DNA from: Candidatus Micrarchaeaceae archaeon
Lineage (GTDB): Archaea > Micrarchaeota > Micrarchaeia > Micrarchaeales > CABMGC01
Reading direction: 5' to 3'
Assembly (NCBI GenBank): GCA_038878295.1
Contig: JAVZVY010000014.1
Coordinates: 1-18,827, forward strand
DNA length: 18,827 nt
Shown here one piece after another: positions 1-7,958 of this stretch. Position 1 is the stretch's first letter. Each line of letters begins with the position of its first letter. A program made the translations under genes and the position numbers. The notes beneath the pieces are model-generated. The model was not told the origin of the DNA. It searched no databases and saw only the letters and a list, made by a program, of their open reading frames with translations.

Positions 1-39
1 CGTGCGGCACTGCCATTAATCGGGCAGCGTAGATAACTA

Positions 40-46
40 TTTAAAT
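40..46 (+). promoter_or_regulatory. Putative archaeal TATA box for the 79..1772 gene pair
   Basis: TTTAAAT at 40-46, just over 30 nt upstream of ATG 79 and preceded by purine-rich AGATAAC. The palindrome ATCTTAATAAGAT (45-57) overlaps it. Confidence 0.5.
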
Positions 47-78
47 CTTAATAAGATAAATAATGCAGTGGCGATCTT

Positions 79-1062
79 ATGAATAGAATCATGGGCAATG
101 TTGTCCTACCTGTTGTTATGTTTGCGGCCTTCACTGCGCTTACTGCATTGACAGTATTTCAGTTCCAAGTGCAAATCTTCGGAGCCAACTCTGCTCCCTC
201 AAACGTTGTTGCAAACGTCGCAGTAGGCAATGTCATTTATCTTTCAGTGAGCCCTAATACTATAAACTTTGGTAATTTGTATCCTGCAGGCGCAGCATAT
301 GATACAAACGTGCTTGTCACAGATAACGACATAGGCGGCAATATGGGCGCGAACATTCTTGTAGAAGGTGGCAACTGGATAGGCCCTAGCAGCTCTTTCG
401 GAGTAGGCAACACATTATGGGATGCAACAACCCAAAACACATACATAGGCACTGCTCTATCGGCAACCTTCGCAAATACACTGATCTTCATTCCAGCGCC
501 CACGCTGAGCACGCCAACAACCTCTAATAATATATATTTCGGATTGTCCATACCTGGCGGAACTCCAGCAGGCGTCTACACGCAGAACATACTTTTTGAG
601 AACTACAACGTGACATACAGCACTTACAATGCCCCTTCAACACAGGGCATGGTAGTCGCGTCAGCAAACGTACAGTCAGTATGCTACATCTCTCTGAGCC
701 CAAATACGATAAACTTCGGCAGCATATATGCAAATGCTAATGTGCCAACCAACAATTTGATTACAGATTCAAATCCCGGCGGCAATGTGCAGGCAACTCT
801 TCTTGTAGATGGCGGAAACTGGATACAATCAGTAAACAGCTTGATTCAGTTCGGCGTAGGCAACACATTATGGGATGCAGCAAACCAAATCACATATACA
901 GGTAATGCGCTGACTGCAACGTTATCAAATACAGGAATTATAATTCCTGCATCAACTTACACCACAACAGGCTCAAACAGCATATACTTCGGTCTGGGCG
1001 TTCCAGGCGGAACTCCAGCTGGCTCTTACACACAAACCATAACAATTGAGAACAGCTGCTGA
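79..1062 (+). CDS. Secreted protein with two tandem beta-rich domains, resembling spore-coat-U/Csu pilin or WxL-type folds
   Basis: 327 aa with an N-terminal hydrophobic signal segment and Thr/Asn/Gly/Ser-rich composition. Two ~135-aa repeats each begin V.A...V...Y.S.SPNTINFG and end YFGL..PGGTPAG.YTQ.I..EN. The gene is solid; the family call is by motif resemblance only. Confidence 0.75.
   Translation: MNRIMGNVVLPVVMFAAFTALTALTVFQFQVQIFGANSAPSNVVANVAVGNVIYLSVSPNTINFGNLYPAGAAYDTNVLVTDNDIGGNMGANILVEGGNWIGPSSSFGVGNTLWDATTQNTYIGTALSATFANTLIFIPAPTLSTPTTSNNIYFGLSIPGGTPAGVYTQNILFENYNVTYSTYNAPSTQGMVVASANVQSVCYISLSPNTINFGSIYANANVPTNNLITDSNPGGNVQATLLVDGGNWIQSVNSLIQFGVGNTLWDAANQITYTGNALTATLSNTGIIIPASTYTTTGSNSIYFGLGVPGGTPAGSYTQTITIENSC
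202..1059 (+). repeat. Intragenic tandem domain duplication (about 202-609 and 649-1059, period ~450 nt)
   Basis: Identical 24-mer GTAGGCAACACATTATGGGATGCA at 403-426 and 856-879; GGCGGAACTCCAGC at 556-569 and 1006-1019; shared peptides SPNTINFG, GGNWI, FGVGNTLWDA, IYFGL and PGGTPAG. Confidence 0.9.
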
Positions 1063-1076
1063 TTGAGGGCGCGCAA

Positions 1077-1772
1077 ATGCAAATTACAAAGCAACTTTAC
1101 TTTATTTTCTTTTCCTCTTTCCTACTGCTATCGGTTTCGGAAATTGCTTATGCGCAGCTCGGTGAAGTTGCTGGGCAGCCATTTTTCAACGTGAGCATAG
1201 GGAGCAGTGAGTCTATTACTGTGACAGTGATAAACAGCGGATCAGTGCCTATTCCTTTTAGGGTGCTGCTGCCAACTCTCAATACAATTGTCAATACAAC
1301 GCAACCGATTGTCACTGCATCGCCAAGCAGTGGTACAATACCCGCAGGCTCGAGCATGGGCATAAATGTGACTGTGCAGATGCCCCCTGACAAAAGGAAC
1401 ATAGGGCATACCTGGACAGGCATACTGCAAGTTGTTGAGGTCTCAAACACTACAGCAGGTCCGGGCATGGGTGCCGTGATAACGGCAGGCGTCGCCAAGA
1501 TTATAACGATCTACGCCTCACCGCCCAAATTCAATCCATTCATCTACATAATCGGCGGCATAATAATTGTTGCAGTAGTTGCGGTGCTGCTTGCATATCT
1601 GATTGTTGTGAGGAAGAGGACACCCGCTAGGGCTAAGGCCAAGGCTGTGCGCAAAGCGCCTCTGAAGAGAGTCACAGTGAAGGCCAAAGCAGCGAGGAGG
1701 AAGGCAGCAAGGAAGGCGAAGCCGAGGACGAGGGCAAGGGCAACAGCAGCCAGGCGCAGAAGGCGAAGGTAG
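1077..1772 (+). CDS. Membrane-anchored Ig-like (PapD/DUF916-like) protein with a Lys/Arg/Ala-rich C-terminal tail
   Basis: 231 aa: signal peptide (..EIAYA/Q), beta-sandwich pattern SITVTVINSGSVPIPFRV...VTASPSSGTIPAGSSMGINVTV, TM helix FIYIIGGIIIVAVVAVLLAYLIVV, then a 53-aa basic tail. Starts 14 nt after the previous stop, with GAGG upstream. Confidence 0.75.
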   Translation: MQITKQLYFIFFSSFLLLSVSEIAYAQLGEVAGQPFFNVSIGSSESITVTVINSGSVPIPFRVLLPTLNTIVNTTQPIVTASPSSGTIPAGSSMGINVTVQMPPDKRNIGHTWTGILQVVEVSNTTAGPGMGAVITAGVAKIITIYASPPKFNPFIYIIGGIIIVAVVAVLLAYLIVVRKRTPARAKAKAVRKAPLKRVTVKAKAARRKAARKAKPRTRARATAARRRRRR

Positions 1773-1812
1773 CTCACAAAATTTACACCAGTCTAAGCTC
1801 ATCCTGAAAAGC

Positions 1813-1857
1813 TTTATATACTTTAGTGTAAAATTAGACTAGTATAAAATTAAACTA
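1813..1857 (+). promoter_or_regulatory. TATA box plus tandem palindromic operator upstream of the PadR gene
   Basis: TTTATATA at 1813-1820 preceded by GAAAAG (BRE-like). Two overlapping 18-bp palindromes TAGTnTAAnnTTAnACTA at 1824-1841 and 1840-1857. Confidence 0.75.
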
Positions 1858-1866
1858 TGTGCTTTA

Positions 1867-2238
1867 ATGCCATCCGATCCAAAAATCGTAAACCCCAGCG
1901 ACATTAATATGCGGAAGGAAATGCGCCATCTCATAATGCGCGTAGTCCTCCTCTACAAAATATCAAGGGAAAAGACATATGCATATGCGCTAATAAAGGA
2001 TCTGCTCAGGAGCAGGCACTTCAAGCACGCCAACATAGACGCAAAGGTCATGAAATATGAGATATACAACGCACTGAAGGCGCTCGAGAAATCGGGCTAC
2101 ATAAAGCCGCGTAGCTCCACTGAAAATGGCAAGATAAAGATATTCTATACAATTACTCCAAAGGGCAGGCTTGCTTTGTCTGATATGAGCAGGATATGGA
2201 AGAAGACAATGGTCGAGGTTTCAAATCTGTTAAAGTGA
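1867..2238 (+). CDS. PadR-family transcriptional regulator
   Basis: 123-aa winged helix-turn-helix with YAYALIK...IYNALKALEKSGYI...KIFYTITPKGR, the PadR pattern. Lies directly upstream of an ABC exporter. Confidence 0.88.
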   Translation: MPSDPKIVNPSDINMRKEMRHLIMRVVLLYKISREKTYAYALIKDLLRSRHFKHANIDAKVMKYEIYNALKALEKSGYIKPRSSTENGKIKIFYTITPKGRLALSDMSRIWKKTMVEVSNLLK

Positions 2239-2242
2239 TGGT

Positions 2243-3229
2243 TTGTACGCTATAGAGATACGCAATCTTGTCAAGAGATTCGGCGACCTGAAGGCGGTTG
2301 ATGATATAAGCTTCAGCATAAAAAAAGGCGAAATATTTGGGCTTCTTGGGCCGAATGGCGCCGGCAAAACAACGACAATAAACTTGATACTCAACCTGCT
2401 TGAGCCAACATCTGGCAAGGTGCTCATAGACGGCCTTGACGTCACAAGGCATTATGAAGAAATAAAGCAGCGCATAGGGCTCATGACGCAGGAAACTGTC
2501 GTTGAGCCTGATCTCACTGCAAGGCAGAATCTCTGGCTCTTTGCAAAGCTCTACCATGTCCCAAACAGCGAGATACCTGGCAGAGTGGAGGATGCGCTGA
2601 AGGCTGCAGACCTTGTCGAATTCGGCGACGAGCAGGCAGGAATGTTCTCAGGAGGCATGAAAAGAAGGCTGCAGCTTGTCAAGACTATGATACACAGGCC
2701 ACAGATACTGATACTTGATGAACCGACAACAGGCCTTGACGTGCAGAGCAGGGTAGACATGTGGAGGCGCATAGAGGACCTTAACAAGAGAGGAGTAACA
2801 ATAGTGCTCACAACGCAGTACCTTGAGGAAGCTGATGAACTCTGCAACAGAATTGCCATAATAGACCACGGCAAGATCAAGGACATGGGCACGCCGTCTG
2901 AGCTGAAGAGGAACGCCTTTTCGGGAAGGATACTAGAGATAATAGTTGACAAGAGCGACACAGAGCGCACCGCAGCAATTGTGAAAGACAAGCTCGGCAT
3001 AAAGCCCGAGGTAAAGGGCGAGAGGATTTATGCTACTGTTGAAGGCGCAGACACGGCCAGCCTGAAGAAGATTGCGACAGCAATAGAAAGTAAGGGCATA
3101 AAGATAATCTCGATAGGCCTCCACCTGCCTACACTTGACGATGTCTTCATAAAGCTTACTGGCTCTTCTATAAGGGATGCCCTGGGCGAGCAGCAGTCCT
3201 CTAGATCAATGGCTATGCTCAGGAGGTGA
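2243..3229 (+). CDS. ABC-2 type (DrrA-like) exporter ATP-binding subunit
   Basis: Walker A GPNGAGKTT, signature FSGGMKRR, Walker B LILDEPTTGLD, TTQYLEEADELC and C-terminal PTLDDVFIKLTG. TTG start. Confidence 0.95.
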   Translation: MYAIEIRNLVKRFGDLKAVDDISFSIKKGEIFGLLGPNGAGKTTTINLILNLLEPTSGKVLIDGLDVTRHYEEIKQRIGLMTQETVVEPDLTARQNLWLFAKLYHVPNSEIPGRVEDALKAADLVEFGDEQAGMFSGGMKRRLQLVKTMIHRPQILILDEPTTGLDVQSRVDMWRRIEDLNKRGVTIVLTTQYLEEADELCNRIAIIDHGKIKDMGTPSELKRNAFSGRILEIIVDKSDTERTAAIVKDKLGIKPEVKGERIYATVEGADTASLKKIATAIESKGIKIISIGLHLPTLDDVFIKLTGSSIRDALGEQQSSRSMAMLRR

Positions 3230-3236
3230 AGATGAA

Positions 3237-4358
3237 ATGAGCTTGCTTTCAGACACTTATGCGCTGTTCAACAGGGAGATGTTTATATTCAGGAGCCACC
3301 TCAGGACAAACATAATTAGATCCCTTATCTTCCCCATAGTGCTCATATTATTCTTCGGCAACGTCGGCAGCGTGCTTCACGACGTGCCAGTTGCCATAGT
3401 CAATTATGCAAACAACCAGCAGTCAGCGTCATTCATAAGCGCGCTTGAGTCCAGCGGCACAGTGCAGGTAAAAGCAATGACAACGCAGTCAAACGGTATG
3501 CAGATGCTGTATTCCGGCGACATTGCAATACTTATAGTGATATCGCCAAGCTTCCCAAGCATGAGCTCGCAGAGCCCTACAGTAGACCTTTACTACTCCC
3601 AGACAGCTGTAACAGAGCTTGGCGCGCTAAGCACCATAGAAAGCGCTGCATCCTCGCTCGGCCTGAATCCGAAGGCAAATCCTGTCTCGGTGCTCATGTC
3701 AGGGCCACAAGACAGCATAAGCGCAAGCGCAGCCTATGGCGGCTCCAGCAGCTACAAGGACTACATTGTAGCTGGCATAATAATCATGGTAGCAGCATTC
3801 GGCGCCACGTTTGGCGGCGGGATGACAATGATAATGGATAGGGAGCTCGGCAACCTCAAGAGCTTTCTCATAGCTCCTATAAACAAGCTTTCTGTAATAT
3901 CTAGCAAGATACTCTCAGGCACCTTTCAGTCTTTGATATATGGCGTGATAGCCCTCGGCATAGGTCTGCTTGATGGAGCTGGCGTAGCAATGGGTGCGCT
4001 TGGCTACCTATGGATAGTAGTGCTTGTGCTTATCACATCCCTTGGCTTCGGCGGCATCACCACTGCGCTTGCCGCCAAGGTCAGGCGCGTCGAAGTATTT
4101 GCAATATTCTCAAACGCTGTGCTGCTTCCGCTTTGGTTCCTTTCAGGCGCGTTCTTCCCTGCTTCTAACTTTCCATGGTACCTTCGCGGCATAAGCGTTG
4201 TAGATCCTATGACGTATGCAGTGCAGGGCATAAGGTATGTAATGATAGCAGGCTACTACCCGCTGAGCAGCGCAGTGCTTGATCTGTCTGTGCTTGCGGG
4301 CTTCGCTGCACTTATGCTTACGTTGAGCTTCGTGATGTTTAAGAGAACAATAGAATAG
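3237..4358 (+). CDS. ABC-2 type exporter permease
   Basis: N-terminal TM, extracellular domain, then 5 TMs, with DRELGNLKSFLIAP, LSGAFFP and DPMTYAV motifs. Start reassigned to ATG 3237 (MSLLSD), which follows the SD AGGAGGTGA at 3221-3229. Confidence 0.93.
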   Translation: MSLLSDTYALFNREMFIFRSHLRTNIIRSLIFPIVLILFFGNVGSVLHDVPVAIVNYANNQQSASFISALESSGTVQVKAMTTQSNGMQMLYSGDIAILIVISPSFPSMSSQSPTVDLYYSQTAVTELGALSTIESAASSLGLNPKANPVSVLMSGPQDSISASAAYGGSSSYKDYIVAGIIIMVAAFGATFGGGMTMIMDRELGNLKSFLIAPINKLSVISSKILSGTFQSLIYGVIALGIGLLDGAGVAMGALGYLWIVVLVLITSLGFGGITTALAAKVRRVEVFAIFSNAVLLPLWFLSGAFFPASNFPWYLRGISVVDPMTYAVQGIRYVMIAGYYPLSSAVLDLSVLAGFAALMLTLSFVMFKRTIE

Positions 4359-4366
4359 GTGTAAGA

Positions 4367-5983
4367 ATGAGATTGACGCAAATCTTATTGGCTGCGCTCG
4401 CAGCATTTCTGCTGCCATCATTGGCGTACGCTCAGGAAAATGCCGGTAGCGGGGCCCTCTCGATGACAAACTTGAATATATCGCCAAATCCTGTAATCGC
4501 GGGAAGCAACGTTACCATATCATTCCAGCTTTACAATTCATACACTGACGAATTGCAGAACGTAAACCTGCAGCTTCAGGGCTCCTACCCATTGCTTAAC
4601 TTCTCCCCGCAGAAGAGCGTCCTGATAAGCACAATGGGACAAGGCTTGTACAACAACCTCGGGAGCTATTTCTTTTACAACGTAAACATACCACGCAACG
4701 CGCCAACCGGCGAATACACTCTTAATCTTGTCGCAAATTACCAGACTCTTGTGACGACATCAAGCGGCCTTTCATCGTATACGCAAGAGGTTTCGAGCGA
4801 GTCTGTGATGCCTATAACAATATTCGTTCATGGAATTCCAAACCTAGTCGCAAGCATAGCCTCTTCCACGCCGATAATTCCAGGACAGCAGTCAAGCATC
4901 GGCATATCCCTGCAGAACAACGGCGGCGGCGAAGCCAAGAACATCACAGTTGCATTTGGAAGCAACAGCAACTTCACAGTTGTTGGCAATACAGAAGTTT
5001 CGATAGCTGCGCTTCCTAGCGGAGGTGCTGCCAACGTAGAGGAGACACTGCAAGCAAGCAAATACATAGAAAGCGGCACATATTACGTGCCGTTGAGCAT
5101 AAGCTACTATTCCGATACCGGCAAGCTTTACAACGAAACACTGAACATGCCAGTATCAGTCGTAGTTAACCAACCGAATGTGGTTGTAAGCTTGGCAACA
5201 GCAATGCCGCAAGAACTCCTGAACGGCTATAATCAGACTTTGGAGTTTACTGTGGAGAATATAGGCGACGGCGAAGCGAAAAATATAAGCGTGAGCTTTT
5301 ATGGAACGAAGTCCATATCGATAATAGGAGCCGTAGACAAGTTCTTCTACGGCGCACTCGAGCCTGGCCAGAGCATTAGCGGCGCAATCTTCATAGCGAC
5401 AAACGGCAGCGTTGTCGGCAACAGCTACGTCTCCGCTAATCTTTCTTATTACTCAGCAAACTATGCAAATTCATACAGTTCTGTGGAAAATCTTAGCGTA
5501 AACACTGCGCCATCAGCCCAGTTCACTATAGAGGCTGTCAACAGCAGCCTAGTATCAGGCGCAACTAACGTGCCAATCAAGTACATTGTAAAGAATACTG
5601 GCAACGAGGCAGCAACCGGCATATCGTTCACTCTGCAAAGCATATATCCAATAACGCCTGTGGACAACAGCTTTTACCTGCCTGAGCTCATGCCGGGGCA
5701 GAGCGCGAACGTGACGTTCCTCGTTAGCGTGGACTCGCACGCGATAGCCGGCAGCTATCCTGTAAGCATATACGAGCAGTGGAAGCAGCCTAATGGCGCG
5801 GTGAACCAGGTATACTACGGCTCAAACAACTACTTCGCAAATGTCGGCGCAAGCAGCAGCGGCAACTCAGGCGCATACGGCACAGCTTTGACGCTATTGG
5901 TCATCGCAATCATAGTAATAGCGCTCGTGGCATTGAGAAGAAGGGCCGCTGCCAGGAAGAAAAGCGGCGTGAAGGCTAAGTAG
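4367..5983 (+). CDS. COG1361-like S-layer-domain (CARDB/Ig-repeat) membrane-anchored surface protein
   Basis: Signal peptide; repeated Ig-like units (N.GGGEAKNI.V, N.GDGEAKNI.V, NTGNEAATGI, L.PGQS); C-terminal TM with basic tail; many N-x-S/T sequons. Follows the ABC genes, as is typical of this family. Confidence 0.8.
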   Translation: MRLTQILLAALAAFLLPSLAYAQENAGSGALSMTNLNISPNPVIAGSNVTISFQLYNSYTDELQNVNLQLQGSYPLLNFSPQKSVLISTMGQGLYNNLGSYFFYNVNIPRNAPTGEYTLNLVANYQTLVTTSSGLSSYTQEVSSESVMPITIFVHGIPNLVASIASSTPIIPGQQSSIGISLQNNGGGEAKNITVAFGSNSNFTVVGNTEVSIAALPSGGAANVEETLQASKYIESGTYYVPLSISYYSDTGKLYNETLNMPVSVVVNQPNVVVSLATAMPQELLNGYNQTLEFTVENIGDGEAKNISVSFYGTKSISIIGAVDKFFYGALEPGQSISGAIFIATNGSVVGNSYVSANLSYYSANYANSYSSVENLSVNTAPSAQFTIEAVNSSLVSGATNVPIKYIVKNTGNEAATGISFTLQSIYPITPVDNSFYLPELMPGQSANVTFLVSVDSHAIAGSYPVSIYEQWKQPNGAVNQVYYGSNNYFANVGASSSGNSGAYGTALTLLVIAIIVIALVALRRRAAARKKSGVKAK

Positions 5984-6719
5984 AAAAGGCCTTTATGTTG
6001 CTTTTCACTGTTCCGCGGCTCGTTCCATCAAGCGAAAACAAGTGGGCGCTGTAGAAATCAAAGAGACCGCGCCTTAGCAGAGGTATGTAATTCTGTGTAT
6101 TTGCGGATATTTTGCTGCCGACGACCATCTCGTTGAATGGAGGCGCGACAATGAGCTTCGCCCGCACGTTGCCTGTTTTGCGATTGACGCCATCTGCAGC
6201 TTTGGCTATGAGCCAAGTTTTGCTTAGGCTTCCGCCGATATCTAGCGCTATGTGGCCGTGGGCCACGACTATATAATCTTTAAGCATCGCTTCTTCAGAG
6301 GGCAAGGCGTTGCCATGCATGAGCGCAACATCACTGAGAAGCACCTCGCTGGTTATGCCAGCTTCTACACCAAGCGATGAAAAAACCTTTTCCAAATTGC
6401 CATCATGGTTGCCTTTAGTTATATCAATCCTCATACCGCGAAGCTCTTCGAAAAAATCGCCTATAGCCTTTTCTTCTTCCCGTGTTGGATAACCTACGCT
6501 CTCCTTCACGTCGCCTAGAAGCACAATCCTTTCAGCTTTTGTGGATTTGGCAATCCCGTAGAGCTTCTTTCCCATCGCCTTTGCTAGACCGGGCAGGTTT
6601 ATACCCTTCTCGGCTAGCTTAAGCTCTATGCCGATGTGCATGTCTCCAGCTACAATGCACCTCTCGCCGGTCACAAACAGCGCAGGCTCGTTGTTCACGA
6701 AAAGTATCTCTCTTGCCAT
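5976..6719 (-). CDS. Calcineurin-like metallophosphoesterase (COG1407-like)
   Basis: Motifs GDMHIG, LLGDVK, KGNHDG, MHG and AHGH appear in canonical order. Confidence 0.9.
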   Translation of the reverse strand: MAREILFVNNEPALFVTGERCIVAGDMHIGIELKLAEKGINLPGLAKAMGKKLYGIAKSTKAERIVLLGDVKESVGYPTREEEKAIGDFFEELRGMRIDITKGNHDGNLEKVFSSLGVEAGITSEVLLSDVALMHGNALPSEEAMLKDYIVVAHGHIALDIGGSLSKTWLIAKAADGVNRKTGNVRAKLIVAPPFNEMVVGSKISANTQNYIPLLRRGLFDFYSAHLFSLDGTSRGTVKSNIKAFST

Positions 6720-6765
6720 ACAACAATGTTATATATTTTGCCAAAAACAATTAAATTGATGCTAT
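6720..6765. promoter_or_regulatory. Compact divergent promoter region
   Basis: 46-bp AT-rich gap between divergent ATGs, with TTATATAT at 6729-6736 and an AATTAAATT tract near 6749-6757. Confidence 0.5.
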
Positions 6766-7830
6766 ATGGACGGCGAGCTCAACATAGGCACAATCTTCGG
6801 AATAAAGGTGTCGCTCCACTGGACGCTTGTACTGCTTATACTGCTGACGCTGCTTATAAGCCCGTACGTATTCCTGCTGATGGTTCTGCTTTTTGCCTGC
6901 GTGCTTCTTCACGAGCTCGCGCATTCAATAACCTCGCAGAGGAGTAAGATAAAAGTGAAGAAGATAGTGCTTTCGCCAATAGCCGGCGCTTCCATAATAG
7001 ACATGCTTTCTATAAGCCCTGAAAAGGAATTCAAAATATCAATAGTCGGCCCCATAATGAGCCTCTTCCTTAGCGGCGTCTTCGGAATGCTAGCTGCGGT
7101 TTCGCCGCCTGGCATCATTGTGCAGACGTTCCAAATACTCTTCTTGATGAATATACTTCTTGGCGTATTCAATCTGCTCCCTACGTTTCCGATGGATGGC
7201 GGCAGGATATTCAGAAGCTATTTCCAGAGGAAGCACAACTTCTTCGATTCCACAATGATGGTTGTAAAGGCGAGCAGGTACACAATGGCACTAATCGTAG
7301 TTGGCACTTTCGCCTTCATAGCCTTCTGGCCCAGCTATTCGTTGCCATACAGGGAATTCATAGCCATACTTAACTTCATAGCAGTAATGTTCCTGTATGG
7401 AGGCACAAAAGCGGAAGAAGAAAACGCAATAATAAAAGAGGGCACGAAAGGCTTGCACGTGAGAAACTTCATAACCAAAAAGTTCGCATTTGTAAAGAGC
7501 AACGCTGCGCTAGGCGAAATATACAATGCGATAAAGTCAAGCAAGGAGCACGTGATAATAACAAAGATTGGCGGCGACTACTACTACGTAGACATATTCA
7601 GACGCGCAAAGATTGCCTCAGCAAAGTATGCGAGCGACCTTGCACTGCCAATACCAAAAATAAGTGCCAGCGTGGGCGTCGCCGACGCTCTATCTGCGAT
7701 GGAGGGCGAAAATATCGGCATAGCTGCAGTTACCAGTGGCGGCAAACTCATAGGAATAACCACATCCGCGTTGCTCCAGGCTGCAATATCCTTGCACATG
7801 GCCAAGAAAAGAAACGAAGGCAAGGTCTGA
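6766..7830 (+). CDS. M50-family site-2 intramembrane zinc metalloprotease with degenerate C-terminal CBS pair
   Basis: IGTIFGIKVSLHWT N-terminus, HELAH zinc motif, IVGP, FNLLPTFPMDGGRI, several TMs, and CBS-like V.DAL..M......AAV..GGKLIGI.T. Confidence 0.92.
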   Translation: MDGELNIGTIFGIKVSLHWTLVLLILLTLLISPYVFLLMVLLFACVLLHELAHSITSQRSKIKVKKIVLSPIAGASIIDMLSISPEKEFKISIVGPIMSLFLSGVFGMLAAVSPPGIIVQTFQILFLMNILLGVFNLLPTFPMDGGRIFRSYFQRKHNFFDSTMMVVKASRYTMALIVVGTFAFIAFWPSYSLPYREFIAILNFIAVMFLYGGTKAEEENAIIKEGTKGLHVRNFITKKFAFVKSNAALGEIYNAIKSSKEHVIITKIGGDYYYVDIFRRAKIASAKYASDLALPIPKISASVGVADALSAMEGENIGIAAVTSGGKLIGITTSALLQAAISLHMAKKRNEGKV

Positions 7831-7958
7831 TCTGCGTAAGATGCGCTTTGTGGCAGCGGCCAAGCCCAGACAAACGGGTCTGCATTATTAGCCACGTGCA
7901 AGCATGCGCAAAGCATAAAAATGTAGAGTGCCAATATTTTCTAGCGACCGGTGCTTGC

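Noticed and set aside
79..186. Type IV pilin/archaellin (class III signal peptide) reading of the first ORF
   Set aside because: There is no [KR][GA] cleavage motif directly followed by a hydrophobic stretch with +5 Glu. It looks like a Sec/SPI-type signal.
3177..3236. Longer upstream starts for the permease (3177) and EF-2 (16046)
   Set aside because: They overlap the upstream genes. Downstream ATGs (3237, 16088) have SD-like motifs and match family N-termini.
5976..5983. 8-nt convergent overlap between the COG1361 and phosphoesterase genes
   Set aside because: Short tail-to-tail overlaps are ordinary in compact genomes.
7831..7840. 10-mer TCTGCGTAAG shared with 14468-14477, both intergenic
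   Set aside because: A single 10-bp match is within chance expectation, and the flanks and predicted folds differ.
7848..7958. Cys/His-rich N-terminal extension of SMC in the ORF track
   Set aside because: Similarity to SMC starts at TTG 7959. The upstream frame is most likely untranslated intergenic sequence.
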